Shown here one piece after another: positions 12,663 to 26,500 of a stretch of DNA of 64,000 bases. Under the pieces are notes generated by a model. That model was not told the DNA's origin. It did no database searches and saw nothing but the letters and a program-made list of their open reading frames with translations. The translations under genes and the position numbers were made by a program. Source of the stretch: Aplysia californica. Its lineage: Eukaryota. Each line of letters opens with the position of its first letter. Position 1 is the stretch's first letter. The stretch lies in NCBI RefSeq assembly GCF_000002075.1, contig NW_004797314.1, forward strand, positions 1,432,736-1,496,735, given 5' to 3'.

Positions 12663-12985
12663 AATAAATGATATGACGAAAAGATGTGATATGTTTATAT
12701 TTAGCCTTGAATTTATCATGTGAAGATACCAGTATAAAATTGTCAGGTCCCTCAGCTTGACTGCTGTACTTGGTTTTGACATCAGTTTGGAAGTTTGATT
12801 TGGCAGTCTATGTGGGTTTTGTATCTTGTTATATGTTGCACAATCCTACATGAAAGGAATTTTGCTGTTATACTTGTAAATCTTGTGCAGAGTGCTTTGG
12901 TTGTGATCAGTACCTCAGAGTCAGATTACAGGCTGGCTCAGACTGGAACTAGAGAGGAATGCATATATGAATGCTTAGCAATAAA
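12663..12985 (+). promoter_or_regulatory. Candidate polyadenylation signals of THNSL2-like
   Basis: AATAAA at 12663-12668 and 12980-12985 downstream of the stop; common by chance in AT-rich DNA. Confidence 0.35.
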
Positions 12986-13230
12986 CATGAAATGATTACA
13001 CACCATCCGTCTCTGTTATTATAGCCACTAGAGGCTTTTAGAAAAAAACGTGTAGTGCACCATGAACTCTTTGTTTCCAGATCCCCACTGAAGTGGTATT
13101 TTGGGGGTACTGATTTCATCAACCCCCAGATCCTTACCTGGTCCTGTGCTACTTTAATTACCTGTTCTCACCGGTATTGTGATTCTCTGTCTAATTAAGA
13201 ATAGTTTGAGTGCTCACACAAACAAATCCA

Positions 13231-13498
13231 TTAACCCTTTGAGCCCTGACTTCCTGAGGCTACCGTGCCCCTCTGCCTGAGCTCCTGAGCGATATATTAC
13301 TAACATTCATGTGATCATCAGAATCTAATTCAGAAAGATCTTCAAAATAATCAATAATGTCTTGTGTGGTAAACGCTGTTTTCTGTACACGTTTTGTCTC
13401 AGGCGGGCAGGGTTGGGGATGGGGGTCTCGCTCTCCAGTGTACTGGTGGCTTAGCATACGGACCGGTTTTACCAGTGGCAAGGGCTCAAAGGGTTTAA
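13231..13498. mobile_element. piggyBac-like MITE
   Basis: TTAA-CCCTTTGAGCCCT ... AGGGCTCAAAGGG-TTTAA. Confidence 0.78.
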
Positions 13499-14418
13499 CA
13501 TTTGACTTAAGTATAGCAGTTTTAAGTTAACACCTTCAAATTGGATGCGTAAAGTTGTGGTATATCTTTTGTACAAATAATGCTTTAATAATTTTCATGT
13601 CAGTCTTGTCACATGAACGTATTTTGCCTCTGTACGGTAATCTCATGACTCTGGACTTGATGACAATTGGATTAGAAGTACAAGGTGGAGAGAGGATTTG
13701 AGCATGAAATTGAATATTATTCACTGAAGGAATCAGTTTTTGGCTATATAAGGTATTGAAGTGTAATAACTTTGAAGCTGATATTTTCAAAACTGTCTAC
13801 CTATCTTTTTTTCTTGTTAAAACATCTCTCAAGACATCAGAGAACAAATGCATCCCAGCTTCATCTCAAATGTCCGCTTGAGAAAGGTCAGAGACACTGG
13901 AAGCCTGTATGCATACACAGAAAACATCGTGGATAGGGAAGAGAGGAGAGATTTGTGCGCTAAAAGAAGGAGTGCGTAAGAAGGGAAAAAAAAGAAAGGT
14001 CAAGTATCGGGGGGAAAAAAAATTAAGACAAGATCTTTAAAAAGGCTCATTTTTAGTGAACATTGAGCTAGTCAAATGACAAGATGTTAAGCTCGTAGTT
14101 TACTAATGAGTTGGGTGAAAATATTTGGCGACTTGTGTATAGAAGCGAGAGTATCTGAGAATGGTCCACTGAAATGTGTTAAAGACTCAAAATTTCTGCA
14201 ATATCAAATGTAAGCGGTAATGTTCTTAAAAAACAATTCTTATTATCCTTTTTAGAAATGAGCATGCAGCCAATATGAATCTCCAAATTCGTTTTTGAAG
14301 ATCAGTTTCCACAGCTTTGCTTTCATTAAAAAAAATGTCATTTTGAGGTATTGCAAAATGCAGAAAATAAGGCAGGACCACAGGACTATATCAACAAAAG
14401 CAGAAAGTTCACACAAAC

Positions 14419-14600
14419 TACAGCTGAACCTGCTCTAGGGACCATCTGTTCAAGACGATCACCTGTACAAATGACCACTTCCCACTTCGTCCCTCGCATT
14501 TTTTATACAACAAAATGACACTGCCCAAGATAACCACCAGTCTAACACAACCATTTTTTTTCTTGACAAAGGGTGGTCATCTTGGACATTTTCAACTGTA
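14419..14600. mobile_element. About 180-bp TA-flanked MITE (family A)
   Basis: TA-CAGCTGAACCTG ... CATTTTCAACTG-TA; internal GACCAC/CACCTG repeats shared with the other family A copies. Confidence 0.75.
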
Positions 14601-16807
14601 TATATATATTATATTAGTTGGTACATGCCATGTCAGGGTGTCCATGAGGTAGGAGGCTATTACTTCGTTTGGCCTCATTTTCATATTGCTCTGAGTGAGC
14701 TGCAGTGGGCATATTGTGGAGGTTTGACTAAGCACCGCTTTTGCCATACAAATAATCCAAGGAAACTCTCAATTTGAAGACTAAAAATGAGCAAAAAACA
14801 CCAACAGGATAACTGTGTGAGACCAAAGTAATGGTGTATTTACACAAAATCTTTCTTTCCTATCAAACATCTATTGACCCTATCTCTCCTCCTATTTTGT
14901 GTTTGTTACTCTCTTGTAACACCTCTAATCTTTGGCACTTATATGACATAGTGTTTCATGTGCCATAAAACTCTTATTAAAACTCAACCATGCATACCAG
15001 AGAGAGGTATTATTGTGTGCTCAATTGCCTGTCTCCTAATGGACAATATACTACGGCGCTAGAAATATTAGGATTAAAAAAAAACTCTTTTATACAAGGT
15101 GAGCAAGAAAATTTGTCGCTCATTTTTCTTAGGATGATTACAGTAAGATTGTTTGGCTCAAACATCCTTCAGTTATTTAAAACCGCAGGCTTTAGATTTC
15201 CACATCGATTGCAGTATCTGAAAGCAAATTATGCTAGTCAACCATTAATCCGTGTTGAGCACTATATAAATGTCATTTATTATTATTATTATTATTATTA
15301 TTAACCATCCTTGTCACTATACGGTATATACCGCCAGAAAAATGAAGTTAATTTCTAGCATTCACAAAAATGTCAGTACAAACTGTTATATTGTTGGTGT
15401 TAATGTTCAATCACAACACAGACAAAAAGACTGAAAGGAATAAGACTCTAAAATTTTTATAATTTTGCTGTATATTTTATTAGCACATGATCGTGACAGA
15501 GTCATTGGTCAGATATTAAGTCGAGTAAATTCTGGACGGAAAAAAACAATATTTTCTGTACACAACAAGAGATAAAAAACAAATTCAACAAGACGGTTGC
15601 ACTATTATTAACAACATCAGCTGAAGAAAGTTAAAAAATTAAAGAGCATATTAAAATTGTAAATGCATTTTGGTCACAATTCCTTAGTGTATTTTTTTTC
15701 TTCTAACCCACTTTTATACTACTAACTGCAAAGAGTAATAGTTGAAAGTAGGATGGACCTAACTAATGACTAATGGTGAACAGGTGTCTCTTGAACCTAA
15801 AATTACAGAAACTACAACATTTGTAAGGTGCATGCCTGAATGGAATGAATGTGCCATGAACATGAAAGGCCAAAAACTATGAACAAAGAAATCCCATGAC
15901 ACTTATCTGCATTCAGCACAAAGAAAAGGGTAGTTAAATTCTGTATTGTATAGTTACATTACCTAAACAGATCGATGAAACTAAACTTATAATAATAATA
16001 ATAACAATTATAGCAATGCACTTCTACAGACACCAAAGGATTGATGTTGCTGAAATATTTAACACACTCTGCGAAAAACAGTAACAATAACACAAATTTC
16101 TCTGATGAAATAGAACTTAAGTTCAAATGTTTACATGGAATGTGCTTTCAAGTCATATCAGGCAAGACATATGTAAAACATGAAGAGGACGGAAAAGCTT
16201 TAGTAAACAATAAAAAGAACTTAGTAAATTTATCACTGTCAAAAAATAGATAAAAGGAAAAATAGATTTTAAAAAGTTAATCTCACAAATACAAAAATAT
16301 GTACAATTTCAGCCTAACATTCTGATTTTTACCCTGTTGGGTTAAAATCAAAACGTTTTCCTTCGTCCATCAGAATAATACCTTTATGTGAGCATCTTAT
16401 AGGCACTTTGATCACAGTTATGCTGCATTAATGTAAATATGTATCACATAAGGGTAATAAAATCCCTCTTGGACTTTAAAAAGCTTAAGAAAACATTGAA
16501 ATATAATTTCAGACCCAGCTTCTTCAAAAATGTATTGTATGCAAGTCATCACCCCACAGTTAGGGAAAAAATGCAATCAAATGAGGAAACCATGAGGTAC
16601 CATACAGTCTGATGTGAGGAAAAACTATGATACTTTCATCAATTTAATCCATGTCTTATCTCACCTGTTTATTCACCCCCTTTCTTGAGTTGTTTTCCCC
16701 CTGATATCTGTTTCTTCCTTTTCCTGCTTCGTCGTATTCCGCCTAGTTTCTAATTCACACCATATCTTGATACAATAGCTTTCCAGGATGTCCACTTCTT
16801 TCCTTCA

Positions 16808-17057
16808 CACAACTTATTTATTTTTTGCTCCTCCAATTTCTTTTCTTTTTCTTTTTGTCCCTGATATCTGTTTTAACTCTTCACTAAGAAATCTTTATTC
16901 TTGCGTTCTTGTTTTAGTATTTCATATTATGTATTTTTTTCTCCTTCAATTTCTTGTCTTTACTGGGTTTTTTGTCCCTTGTACACATGTTAACTCTCAC
17001 AAACAATCTTTACTCCCATATATTAAAAAAAATGTTTTCCACATTATTTATTTTTTC
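16808..17057. repeat. Degenerate tandem repeat, about 116-bp unit, at the giant gene's stop codon and 3'UTR
   Basis: Units start near 16808, 16923 and 17040 (CA.ATTAT.TATTTTTT...TTTTGTCCCT...TTAACTCT.CAC...AATCTTTA). Confidence 0.7.
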
Positions 17058-17389
17058 CCAGACTTTTGTTGCCTCCCTCTCCTTGGGGCGGGCTGAGTGG
17101 GTTCTTCCACTGTTGCCTGTTTGTCTCCTCCGGCCTGAGCCTCGGACAACAGCCTCACTATCCTGTCCTTGTTCATGGTCAGCTGACTGGTCTCCTGGCG
17201 GGCCTCAGCCAACTGTTCTTGAGCTGTGGTCAGTTTGTCCTTGTGAAGACCTTGGTCCTTCCCTCGGCTGCTCTCAAGGAGCTCCAGTTCTGCGCTGACC
17301 TCTTCTTCCAGTGCGCGAATCTTGTCCTGCTGTTGGATCAATTGCTGGTTAACTCTGGCAAAGTCTGCACTGAGCTCATCCACTTTGTC
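17048..17389 (-). CDS. Giant TM protein last exon v46 (terminal coiled coil, basic tail)
   Basis: DKVDELSADFARVNQQL...PRRGRQQKSGKK, TAA at 17048-17050. Confidence 0.86.
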   Translation of the reverse strand, partial: DKVDELSADFARVNQQLIQQQDKIRALEEEVSAELELLESSRGKDQGLHKDKLTTAQEQLAEARQETSQLTMNKDRIVRLLSEAQAGGDKQATVEEPTQPAPRRGRQQKSGKK

Positions 17390-20300
17390 CTGTGGATAAA
17401 TGGTTTTAAAAAATTTTGTTTAATTGAAAACAATTACACAAAGGAATATCACTTATAAGTACCAAAAAAAATTATGAGTTGGAAAAGAAGGCACTTAACA
17501 CAAATTTTCCTCACTTCACCCAGGTGTGAATGGGTACCTTGCCATAGACCTGTGAAAGATTTTTCAGTATTTTAGAGCCTGTATAATGGCAGCGTGCACT
17601 GTATGTTTTCCACGAAGTTAAGATTGTTTCCCAGTTGTTTATTATTGAAAATTTTACTAAGATCTACAACATGTTTACCCTTTACTTTCTACTGGCGGCT
17701 AGCATTCCCTGCCCATGCACCAGAGTCACTATTAATAAATATACAGTGTAGTCTGCTGTTAGCAAAATTTGCAGGACCACCTAATTTTCTTTTGATTAGC
17801 CGAGTTTTTGGTTTAGAGAGGTTGCTCAAATGCAAAAAAAATTTTTTTTCGGATTGATCGCGTTTGATTTAAGCAGACTCTACTATACATAGTGCAAGAC
17901 AAAAGTAACTTAAGACAGGTTATTTGACCTATTAGAGGAAACTTATAGGTATTTTTCCCAAGGGTGCTGCTTTTCATTGTAAGTAAAGAAACAGCTTGAG
18001 TTATTATTTTGGCACTACTTTCACCACAGTGTTGGTTATTTGAATGGTAGAGCTTCAGAACCTACAACCATCTCCAACAGGATGTTGTACAAAATAAATA
18101 ATCTTCTTTCAGAACCTTGGCCAAGAAAAGCTGCCGAACGTAAATTTGAACCTAGATTGGCAGTACTGGCAATAATATTAGTGTAAAGGTGCTTATATTC
18201 AGACGAAAAGATGATTCATAACCAAGCATGTCAAAATAAATATGCTATACATGTATAAATAAGAACTACAGCTTGATGATTGGTATACATCCACAAGCCA
18301 TGACAGTCTTCACGTTTCTGGAGAGTGCTACAGAGCACCAACTCTGAGCATTGCCAAAGTGCACAGGTCACCCAGTATAGAAACAGACAATATTCAGTCA
18401 AAAACTTGTAGGATTGAATCCTTTATCTAACCTTGCAGTCCTAATAGCAAAGCAATAACAAATGAAAACCCAGAAATATTTTTGGGAGTCTCTCTGTTAA
18501 CTGATCTTAACAAGAAATTAATATAGCATTGTCATACTTAATTCAGGTGCAGCCATCATCAGATATAAAATAACATTGTTGTATTGAGTCATAGCCGTAC
18601 AAAGAGATGGGTAAATAATAATTACAACATAACACGAATAGGTCGAACACAGCAGACTCGAAATCACGCATCCTTCGAACCATGTCTGCAGTCCCATTTT
18701 TCTTCTTCTTTATCTCTGTAAGATATCCTACGAACTACGGATCCCTTGAACTATTGAGGCTGGTCCTGACAAATTCGAGCTATCCGTGTCATAGTGTATG
18801 TAGGAGAGAAGCAGAAAGACCATACCATACCTAGACAGCTACCAACCACCCATAGAATAACAAATGGGTAATTTTAGAACTCCAAAAAGAAGGAGACAAC
18901 ACAAAAGTTCCATGCATTGTCAAGAAGAGAGCAAAAAACCGTAAACATTCCAAATTTTACCTGAGCAGAGTCTGGGGTTGGAGCAGCCTTCCGTGGTTTG
19001 TCTGTTTTGTCAGCTCCGTCTCTGTCCAGTGAATTCTCAAATGTTTGATACAAGGCGTTGCCACTCATATTTGCCATCACAAATGATGGAGCAGCCTGTT
19101 CTTGATTGGCTGCAGAGTTTCCTGAGGTAGCAGAAAACAAAAATAGCACATACATAACTTAGAATCTTGAGGAAGAGTAAAAATACTTTAAAACTCTGAA
19201 ACGTACCTTTAGAAGGAAGTAAAAGGAATCATCTTGACATGAATGTTTAAACAGAATACTGCTGCCAGTACCATTTTCACTATGCAAAGTTTTTTTCTGA
19301 CTGATAAGCCATTGGTGAACTTGAATTTTGTTATTTTGTTTAAGCTTCTGAACTTTCACAGCACTTGACATGCAACTAAAATTAGCTCACTATTCAGGAA
19401 TTTATATTCAAACAGACAGTCTTTACAACTGTATCTGTTATCCAATCTATTGCTGCATGCAAGACACAGACAGTAAAGTGTGGTACTGGTATAAATAAGG
19501 GTAGGTAATGTGTCCTTTCTATCCCTCTGTTATTTCTGTCATCGTCACCTCTTTTACTTCTTTCAACACTGCAGGATCACCAAATATCGATATTCCTCTC
19601 ATCAACTCAAAATAACACGAGTGAAAAGAAGCTTATTATACCCTCACCTGACGTCGAAAATTTACTGCTCAGATTTGCCATTTGTGACACAACATTTTCA
19701 TGTGATCCTTGACCTTTAGCCTGATGAACTTTGTCCTCCATGTCTCCCAGCATGCTCTGGAGCTTGTTCAGAGAGGCAAAGTCATTGTACTTGGCAATTC
19801 TGTTCGTGGTGGTCACGTGGGCAGGGAGAGAAATAATAAAATATAGCATTTTGGGGGAATTTAGCAACATGAACTAATAGGATAACAACTTTGAGATCTT
19901 TTTTAATAACCAAACTTCTATGTCTCTCTATATGAATACTGTTAGTACACTTACGTCCACAAAAATATTTTATAGGAGCTTTTTTCAGTGACATAGTAGG
20001 CCTTTACACTTGCACAAAGAGAGGCTTTGTGGCTTAAGGCTTACCCTTGGGACGGGAGCTTTCAGTTTATATCATTCCTTCCCATGGAGCTTGCATCATG
20101 AAATGCAAAAATATGAGAGGCAAACACCCCTCAAAACAGACATATTTTGCTCATTTCCAATATTAAATTTAACTTATAATCTCACTTCTTGTATCAGCAT
20201 TTACTTCTTTAAAAAGTCAATTTACACGACAAGCAGGAATAAAATAAGAACAAGAAGACACAAAAACTAACTTTTCTACACCTGAACCTCCACTAAAAAG

Positions 20301-23300
20301 CAAGCACGGTACCTGAAAGTTTTAGTTTTAGTTAGAGTTTTAAGACATTGGCAACATAATTAGATTACATTAAATGCCGAGGATTAGAGAAGTAATAAGA
20401 CAGTAACAAACAAAGAAAAGAAGGAGGACAGATAAGGACAATAAACATTTGATAGGGAAGGAGCAAACCACACCATAACATACAAACAAAACATCATTAA
20501 CTCTTTTATCTCCAGCAAGTTGCTCCCAGTGGCTCGTGGTTGGAACTGTCATTCCGGTGAGCCGATCAGCAGCTCCGGCACATTCTTTTAAGGTGACTTT
20601 GACATCAAATTACTTTTCGGTATTTGCTGAAAACAGGTCTCTTTTATCGAGATTCCATTCATTAGATGACACACTATCAAAATAGGTTGACTTGTTTGAT
20701 GTAATGATCAGTTTAGTGACGTTTTTGTCATTTTTAGATTTAGTACCACAATAGGGCCTCGGCATAGTGGGTTTAACCCCCTCAGAGATAAAGAGTTAAA
20801 CATCTTTACATGGGAAAACCTTTACACAGTACCTCTGAGCCATTCTTTCCTTGGTCAGCTGTGCCCCATCTCTCATGGTATCAGGCATGAGACGCACGTC
20901 CAACAACTCCTCCATCATGCGTGTCCGGGCGTCCTCGCTCGGGCAACTGTCAAACATGGACTGGAGAAGCTGCTGAGCTTGGGCAGGGCTGAGATTTGAG
21001 CCAGGGTCTGTTGCATTGTTCTCCACCCGCCTTGTCTTAGACATGAACAAGTCATCACAGACCACAGTAAGGGCACGCTGGTATTCCTTCTGGAATTCTG
21101 GCGATGTGTCGTCCCTGAGGTCACCTGGATAAAAAAAACAAAACGCATCACTTTTGAGATATAGTGGAGTCAGTTTAAACCAAACACACTTAATCTGAAA
21201 AAGCAGTAAACCAAAATAAAATAAAATCACTGATCTTGTTTTTTCTTTATATATGAGCAACCTCTCTAAACTGAAGGTGTCAGGATAGGCAGATTTGCTA
21301 GAGATGCTCTTTTCAACATCTTATTTAACCCCTTCACTGCTGAAAAATTTCCATCAACATCTGTACCTAGAAAGTTAAATGTTAATTCAAGGAATATTTA
21401 AACTCAGAGAATGGTTTCAGAATAAGCAAAATCACAAGCTGTAACTAAAACAACTAAAACATGTGTCAACCAGATGAAACAATACGAGTGGAGAATACAA
21501 GCCAGAACCTACGTCTACCCAGCAGTGAAGAGGTTAAGCTAGTTACATCATAAACTGTAGTATAGGGCTAGAAACCACTATTATTTCCAAATAAAAAGAG
21601 ACAGACTGGAAGCGCCAGTGAAGACTTCAGATAAGCCCTAACAAAATCAAATTGACATCAAAGTACAGGTGAGGAAAGGCAGGCTAAGGCAGACACGAAG
21701 AACATACTCTCTGGGAAGACACAACAGTAAAATAAAGCTCAAACCATCAACTTTTCGGTGTTGTTAATAGCGTAACAGTAACATACATTGCTAGATTGAT
21801 TATAGCAACGATAAGTCTCAACAGCAATTCACAGCCAACTTACCAGACTTGATATGAGCCAGGCAGTGTGTCAACACAAGCACGTACTCTCCCACCGTCT
21901 CCAGGCGAGCAGCTCGGAGGTACAGGATCCTGTTGTTGGCATCGAAAGCAAAAGAGTTCCGGTACATGTTGCGAGAGAGCTGAGGGCTGCTGGGAATGCT
22001 CTCCGCCAGCAGGATGTTGACGGGTGCATGCTGGCAACGGCGAGCTATGAGCTGAGCAACATGGCAACCAAACTTGTAGATGACGAGAGAGCGAGCATTC
22101 AGCTTGTTCAAGTCCATGGGCTTCAGTTCTTTGTCGTTCTCCCAAGACTTTTCACGCTCGTCTACAAAACCATCACCTGGAGGAGCAGTAGGGTCAGGAA
22201 TAGGAACACCATCGTCTAATAATAGTGGGAAGTTATTTAGTACCTAGTACCTTACATGGATGTTGCGTGAAAACTAACAGTGAACACTCTTTTCAAAGCA
22301 TACACATCAGGCATCTGAATGACATTCAAATATGTGGCTTGTTATATTCATTTATAGCCTACTTTTTGAATACTGTGATATTTGACTTTAATAATAGGCC
22401 TACCTAATGATGATTCTTTCGCACACAAGTCAGACAAACATTTATACTAGATACTAGTACAGTCACTTTCTCCCCCATTCTAGCCACGAACCACTCACCT
22501 TCTGGCACACTCGGTGCAGACCTAAGACTGCCTCCAGCCACCGCCTGTTTCATGTTCTCCAGTTTCTGGTACAGCGGGGAAGCCATCAGCAGAGACATGA
22601 GCTCAGCCTCGTTGAGTGGAGCGGCCATTGCGTATGCTGGGGGCATCTCCTGGCTGCCCTGAGGCTGTGCTGGTTCGTCCGATGCCCCAGAGGTGGGCGC
22701 TGGTAGGGCTGCTGCAGTGAGCAGAGGCATTGACTGCTTCTGAGCACTGAGACCATCTGAGTTTAGAGCCTGGTTCAACGCCAGAATCTGCAACAAAATC
22801 CATTATATATATATTATCAGTTTCAAGAATTTACACCAGCCTATTACCATCGAAAGGTACAAACTTTAAGGACAACATAAAACACAAAGCAAAAGACTGG
22901 ACTATTGTCCATATCTAAAAGCATTTTTTACCACAAAAGTAAAAGAGAAGCGGCAGATAGATCCATTCATTTTCTTTTCCTATAGAAACCCATAAGGAAC
23001 TGTCCTACAATATCAGCTCTTTCAAAGCCCCAATCGGCGAGACATCTTGCTACATCAACCCCCAACCCTGGAAATAAACAACACCCATAAACTGAAATTG
23101 ATTACATCTTGAAAAGACTTCCCCTTTCTATAACATGGCATCAAAGCCAAAGGGCACAATCCAAAACAACAGCTGGGTTAGCAATAAATGGAAAAATCTA
23201 AATGAGAGGAAACTTCCTCTTGGAAAAGCAGAACAATTTAGAGGTGACGTCCCCTCTGCCAAGCATGTTAAAAACACATCAGCAGATTAAGGTTAAAATA

Positions 23301-23520
23301 GAGCAGGAAACCCAAAACTGAAGAAACTCCAGTCAGTATTATCAGAGATACCTTCATGGCCTTTAAGATTTAGAGCAAAAACAGAACATAAACAAACAAA
23401 TCAGTTCAACTATGAGTTGAAGACCATGTAGTGAGATAGGCCTACCCTTAGATCTAGTGGGTGTGAAGCGTGTGTGTTTGTTTATATGTGTGGGTGAGTG
23501 TGTTTTGAACATGTGAGTGT

Positions 23521-23572
<52 letters not shown>

Positions 23573-26500
23573 AGCTGGGGATGATACAGAAGCAGTAGAA
23601 CAGCTCTTTTAACACAACACAAGGACTCTCACATACCTCGTCATTCTGCAGTCTGTCTCTCTCACTCCTGAGCTGAGCCTCCATGGCCATCTTCTGCTCC
23701 GCCACATTATCCTTCACCTCCTTCTCTCTTGCCTTGAGCTTCTCTTCCTTGCGTTTCTTGAGTTTGTCCTGCAGATTACTTTGAATGCGCAGCCTGTCCG
23801 CTTCCATCTTGGTGACCAGCTGGTTCACTGACCGTTCGTGTTCCTTGATCAGTCGGTCTTGCTCATCCTTACTTGCTCCGTTAGCCTTCATCTTTTCCAG
23901 ATCGGCCTGGGTAAACATGAAATAAATATCTTGCTTTAACTAGTCACTTCTAACTATGCACTTCATCATCAGTTGATGTACAATGAGAATACAGTAGTCT
24001 CCGCCTAAACGCCGGTGCTCGGGAGGGCTCATGAGCATGTGTTTTCACGGAGCGTGCGTTTACATGAACCTTTGCAAGGGGAGGAAGGGACGTAGTCATC
24101 TCAATTCCTTATTACTCTAGTAATCTCCCTTGAAGGAGGGGGTCATTTTGGCAGATAAGGTGACGACACCTGACCGTTTTTTGAAGGATTCCCCGACAGG
24201 GGTTAAGAACACAAAGGCGTTGAATGGGGGGGGGGGGGGGGGGGGGGGGGGAACAAACTCAAAGTAAGGAATATGTACTATAAACGTCGGGAACAGATAG
24301 CCTAAGAGAAAACTGTTGGCGATAGTCATAGAGTCGACGGACCAGCCATGTGGCTTTCCAAGCGACCGTCCACGACCGTAAATTCATGCAGAATCATCCT
24401 CGAGAAACATTTTCTCTTGTGACTCGTTGAACAAGTACGTTATAAGTTCTTTAAAAGCAGCTTATTAGGCTTACTTGGCTAATCTTTAATCCTATAGAGG
24501 CCTGTCTAGTGTTTTACGGCATTTACGCATTTCGCGCATCAGGCCTAGATCTAACTAAACCCTCTCTGATCTAACTAAACATTACATGCAATCACTCAAA
24601 CTCAAACACCAGTCAGAAACCTTCTCTCAAAGATACATTTCCAGTGACCAATCAAAAAACATTTCAGTCCCCCCAATCCCCCCCCCCCACCCAACATTTA
24701 ACCGACCAGCCCGAGACCGAGACCTATGCGTCAGTGGAAAGTAGTGTGTGTAAACGCTGTCTATCACTCTCTTTGTCCGGCGTGAGGGGCACTCTCACCA
24801 AATATCCGGTTTTCTAGTAAATTCTAGCTTGCCGTATGCAGTCTGTGCAGGTTATTATAAGTTATAGTGAAAATTTCCCCTTGCCAAGCTTAACTTGTCG
24901 GTGTGTTTCGCGAATCGGAGCGTACATTTAGAGGGAGTGACCGTGCGTTTGTACGTCTAAATCATATAGTAAAAAAAACGTCAGATGACGAAAGCGTGCG
25001 TTTGAGTGGAGCGTGCTTTTGTATGGCGTGCGTTTAGACGGAGACTACTGTACCTAACTGTATGAACTAACATCTTTCATTAGCTGATCATTTCTAACTG
25101 TTTACTTCATCACCACTTTTGGTACAGCAAGAATACCATCATGAACTGAAACATTTTTTGTTAACTGGCCACTTTTAACTGTTATCTTCATCACCAGTAG
25201 AAACACAATGAGAATACCAACTCCACATCGTTAGTACCAAAAATGTTGTCACATTAACATTGGTCGAAATAATGAAAATGCAATGGAGTCTGCATAACAG
25301 CAATCTGCGGGACTGCCTAATTTTCTTTGGTTTAGCCAGGTTTCAAATTTAGAGAGACAGCTCAAATTAAAGAAACAAAATAATTAGAGATTTTCTTTTC
25401 TTTTAACTTTTCGATGTTTTCGGATTAACAGTGTTTTGTTTAAGCAGACTCCACTGTATATTCATGGTGAAAGATTGGCTACTTATAAAACTTAAATCTT
25501 TAAATCTTTGGTTTAACACAATTCACTATGCGTTGCCGCGGCAGTGCACTTGTGTCCACCTGGCTTTCCACGAGCCGGGGGAAAAAATCGGTCTGAACTC
25601 GACATACTAAACTCAGACACGAACTGTGTCCAAACTATTCAAGCTATTAATATGAAATTTAGCTTAGATTTTACTTAAAATGTTCTTTCAATATTATTAG
25701 AGAGAAAGATGAAGGAAAGAGCAGAGAAAACTATATAGCCTTCATCTGACTGCCACTCATCGGCACTCCAATTAGCCATAGCAATTTATAGTAAATCTAT
25801 GGTCTAGATCTAGCTTTTCTTCGACCTTTTCAAGGCTCTAAAATCAATCCGATCCCCTTGTTTTTCTAGACTTATGTCTACTCACTTTCTTTGCCGCTTG
25901 TATCTAAAACAAAGCTCAAAACATGCTCCATGTAATTTAACAAACACAAAAATAGCTGTGGCACTATTGTTTTTAGCGGCTGTTTTTTTTGTTCTTCTCG
26001 TCCATGAAGATTTCAGTGCTCGCTTTCTTGCCATGATTGGCGGTGACAAAACAACAAAACTAACTCGTACTTGGAGAAAAACTGGATCAGAACAAGCTGG
26101 CAAAAGTTTTTACAAGCCACAAGTGACCTATTTTTTTCAGTAGAAACCTGGATAAGTGGTTCGGGTTCAATTTTGTAGACTGGTGTTTTGATATGACTAT
26201 TGTCGTAGCTCGTGGACGGAAGCGCGCGGTAGCTACAAATATACTCGTAATAAGGGTACAATAGATTAATCAACAGAATCTACTTAACTATTTCAAATTA
26301 CAATTTATATCACGACAATTTGCACAGATTCAAGAGGTTTTGCAAAATAGTTATTAGTTTTGGAAGAAACAAATGAAACAAAACTTTATGAATTTCTCAA
26401 CAGTTCACTGAACACTTTAATTCTTACCTTCATTTTCTCCTTCTGCTCCTTCAACATTTCCTCTTTCCTCTTGTTCAGAGCTTCAATGTTCTTCTCCTGC

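Noticed and set aside
17066-17458. Plus-strand ORFs overlapping giant-gene exons (e.g. 17066, 21854, 26360, 35600, 45604, 51806)
   Set aside because: Antisense shadows of coding exons; no independent motifs or splice chain.
25513-26235. Possible DNA-transposon remnant (TCCACGAGC/GCTCGTGGA inverted match)
   Set aside because: Could not define termini or a target-site duplication.
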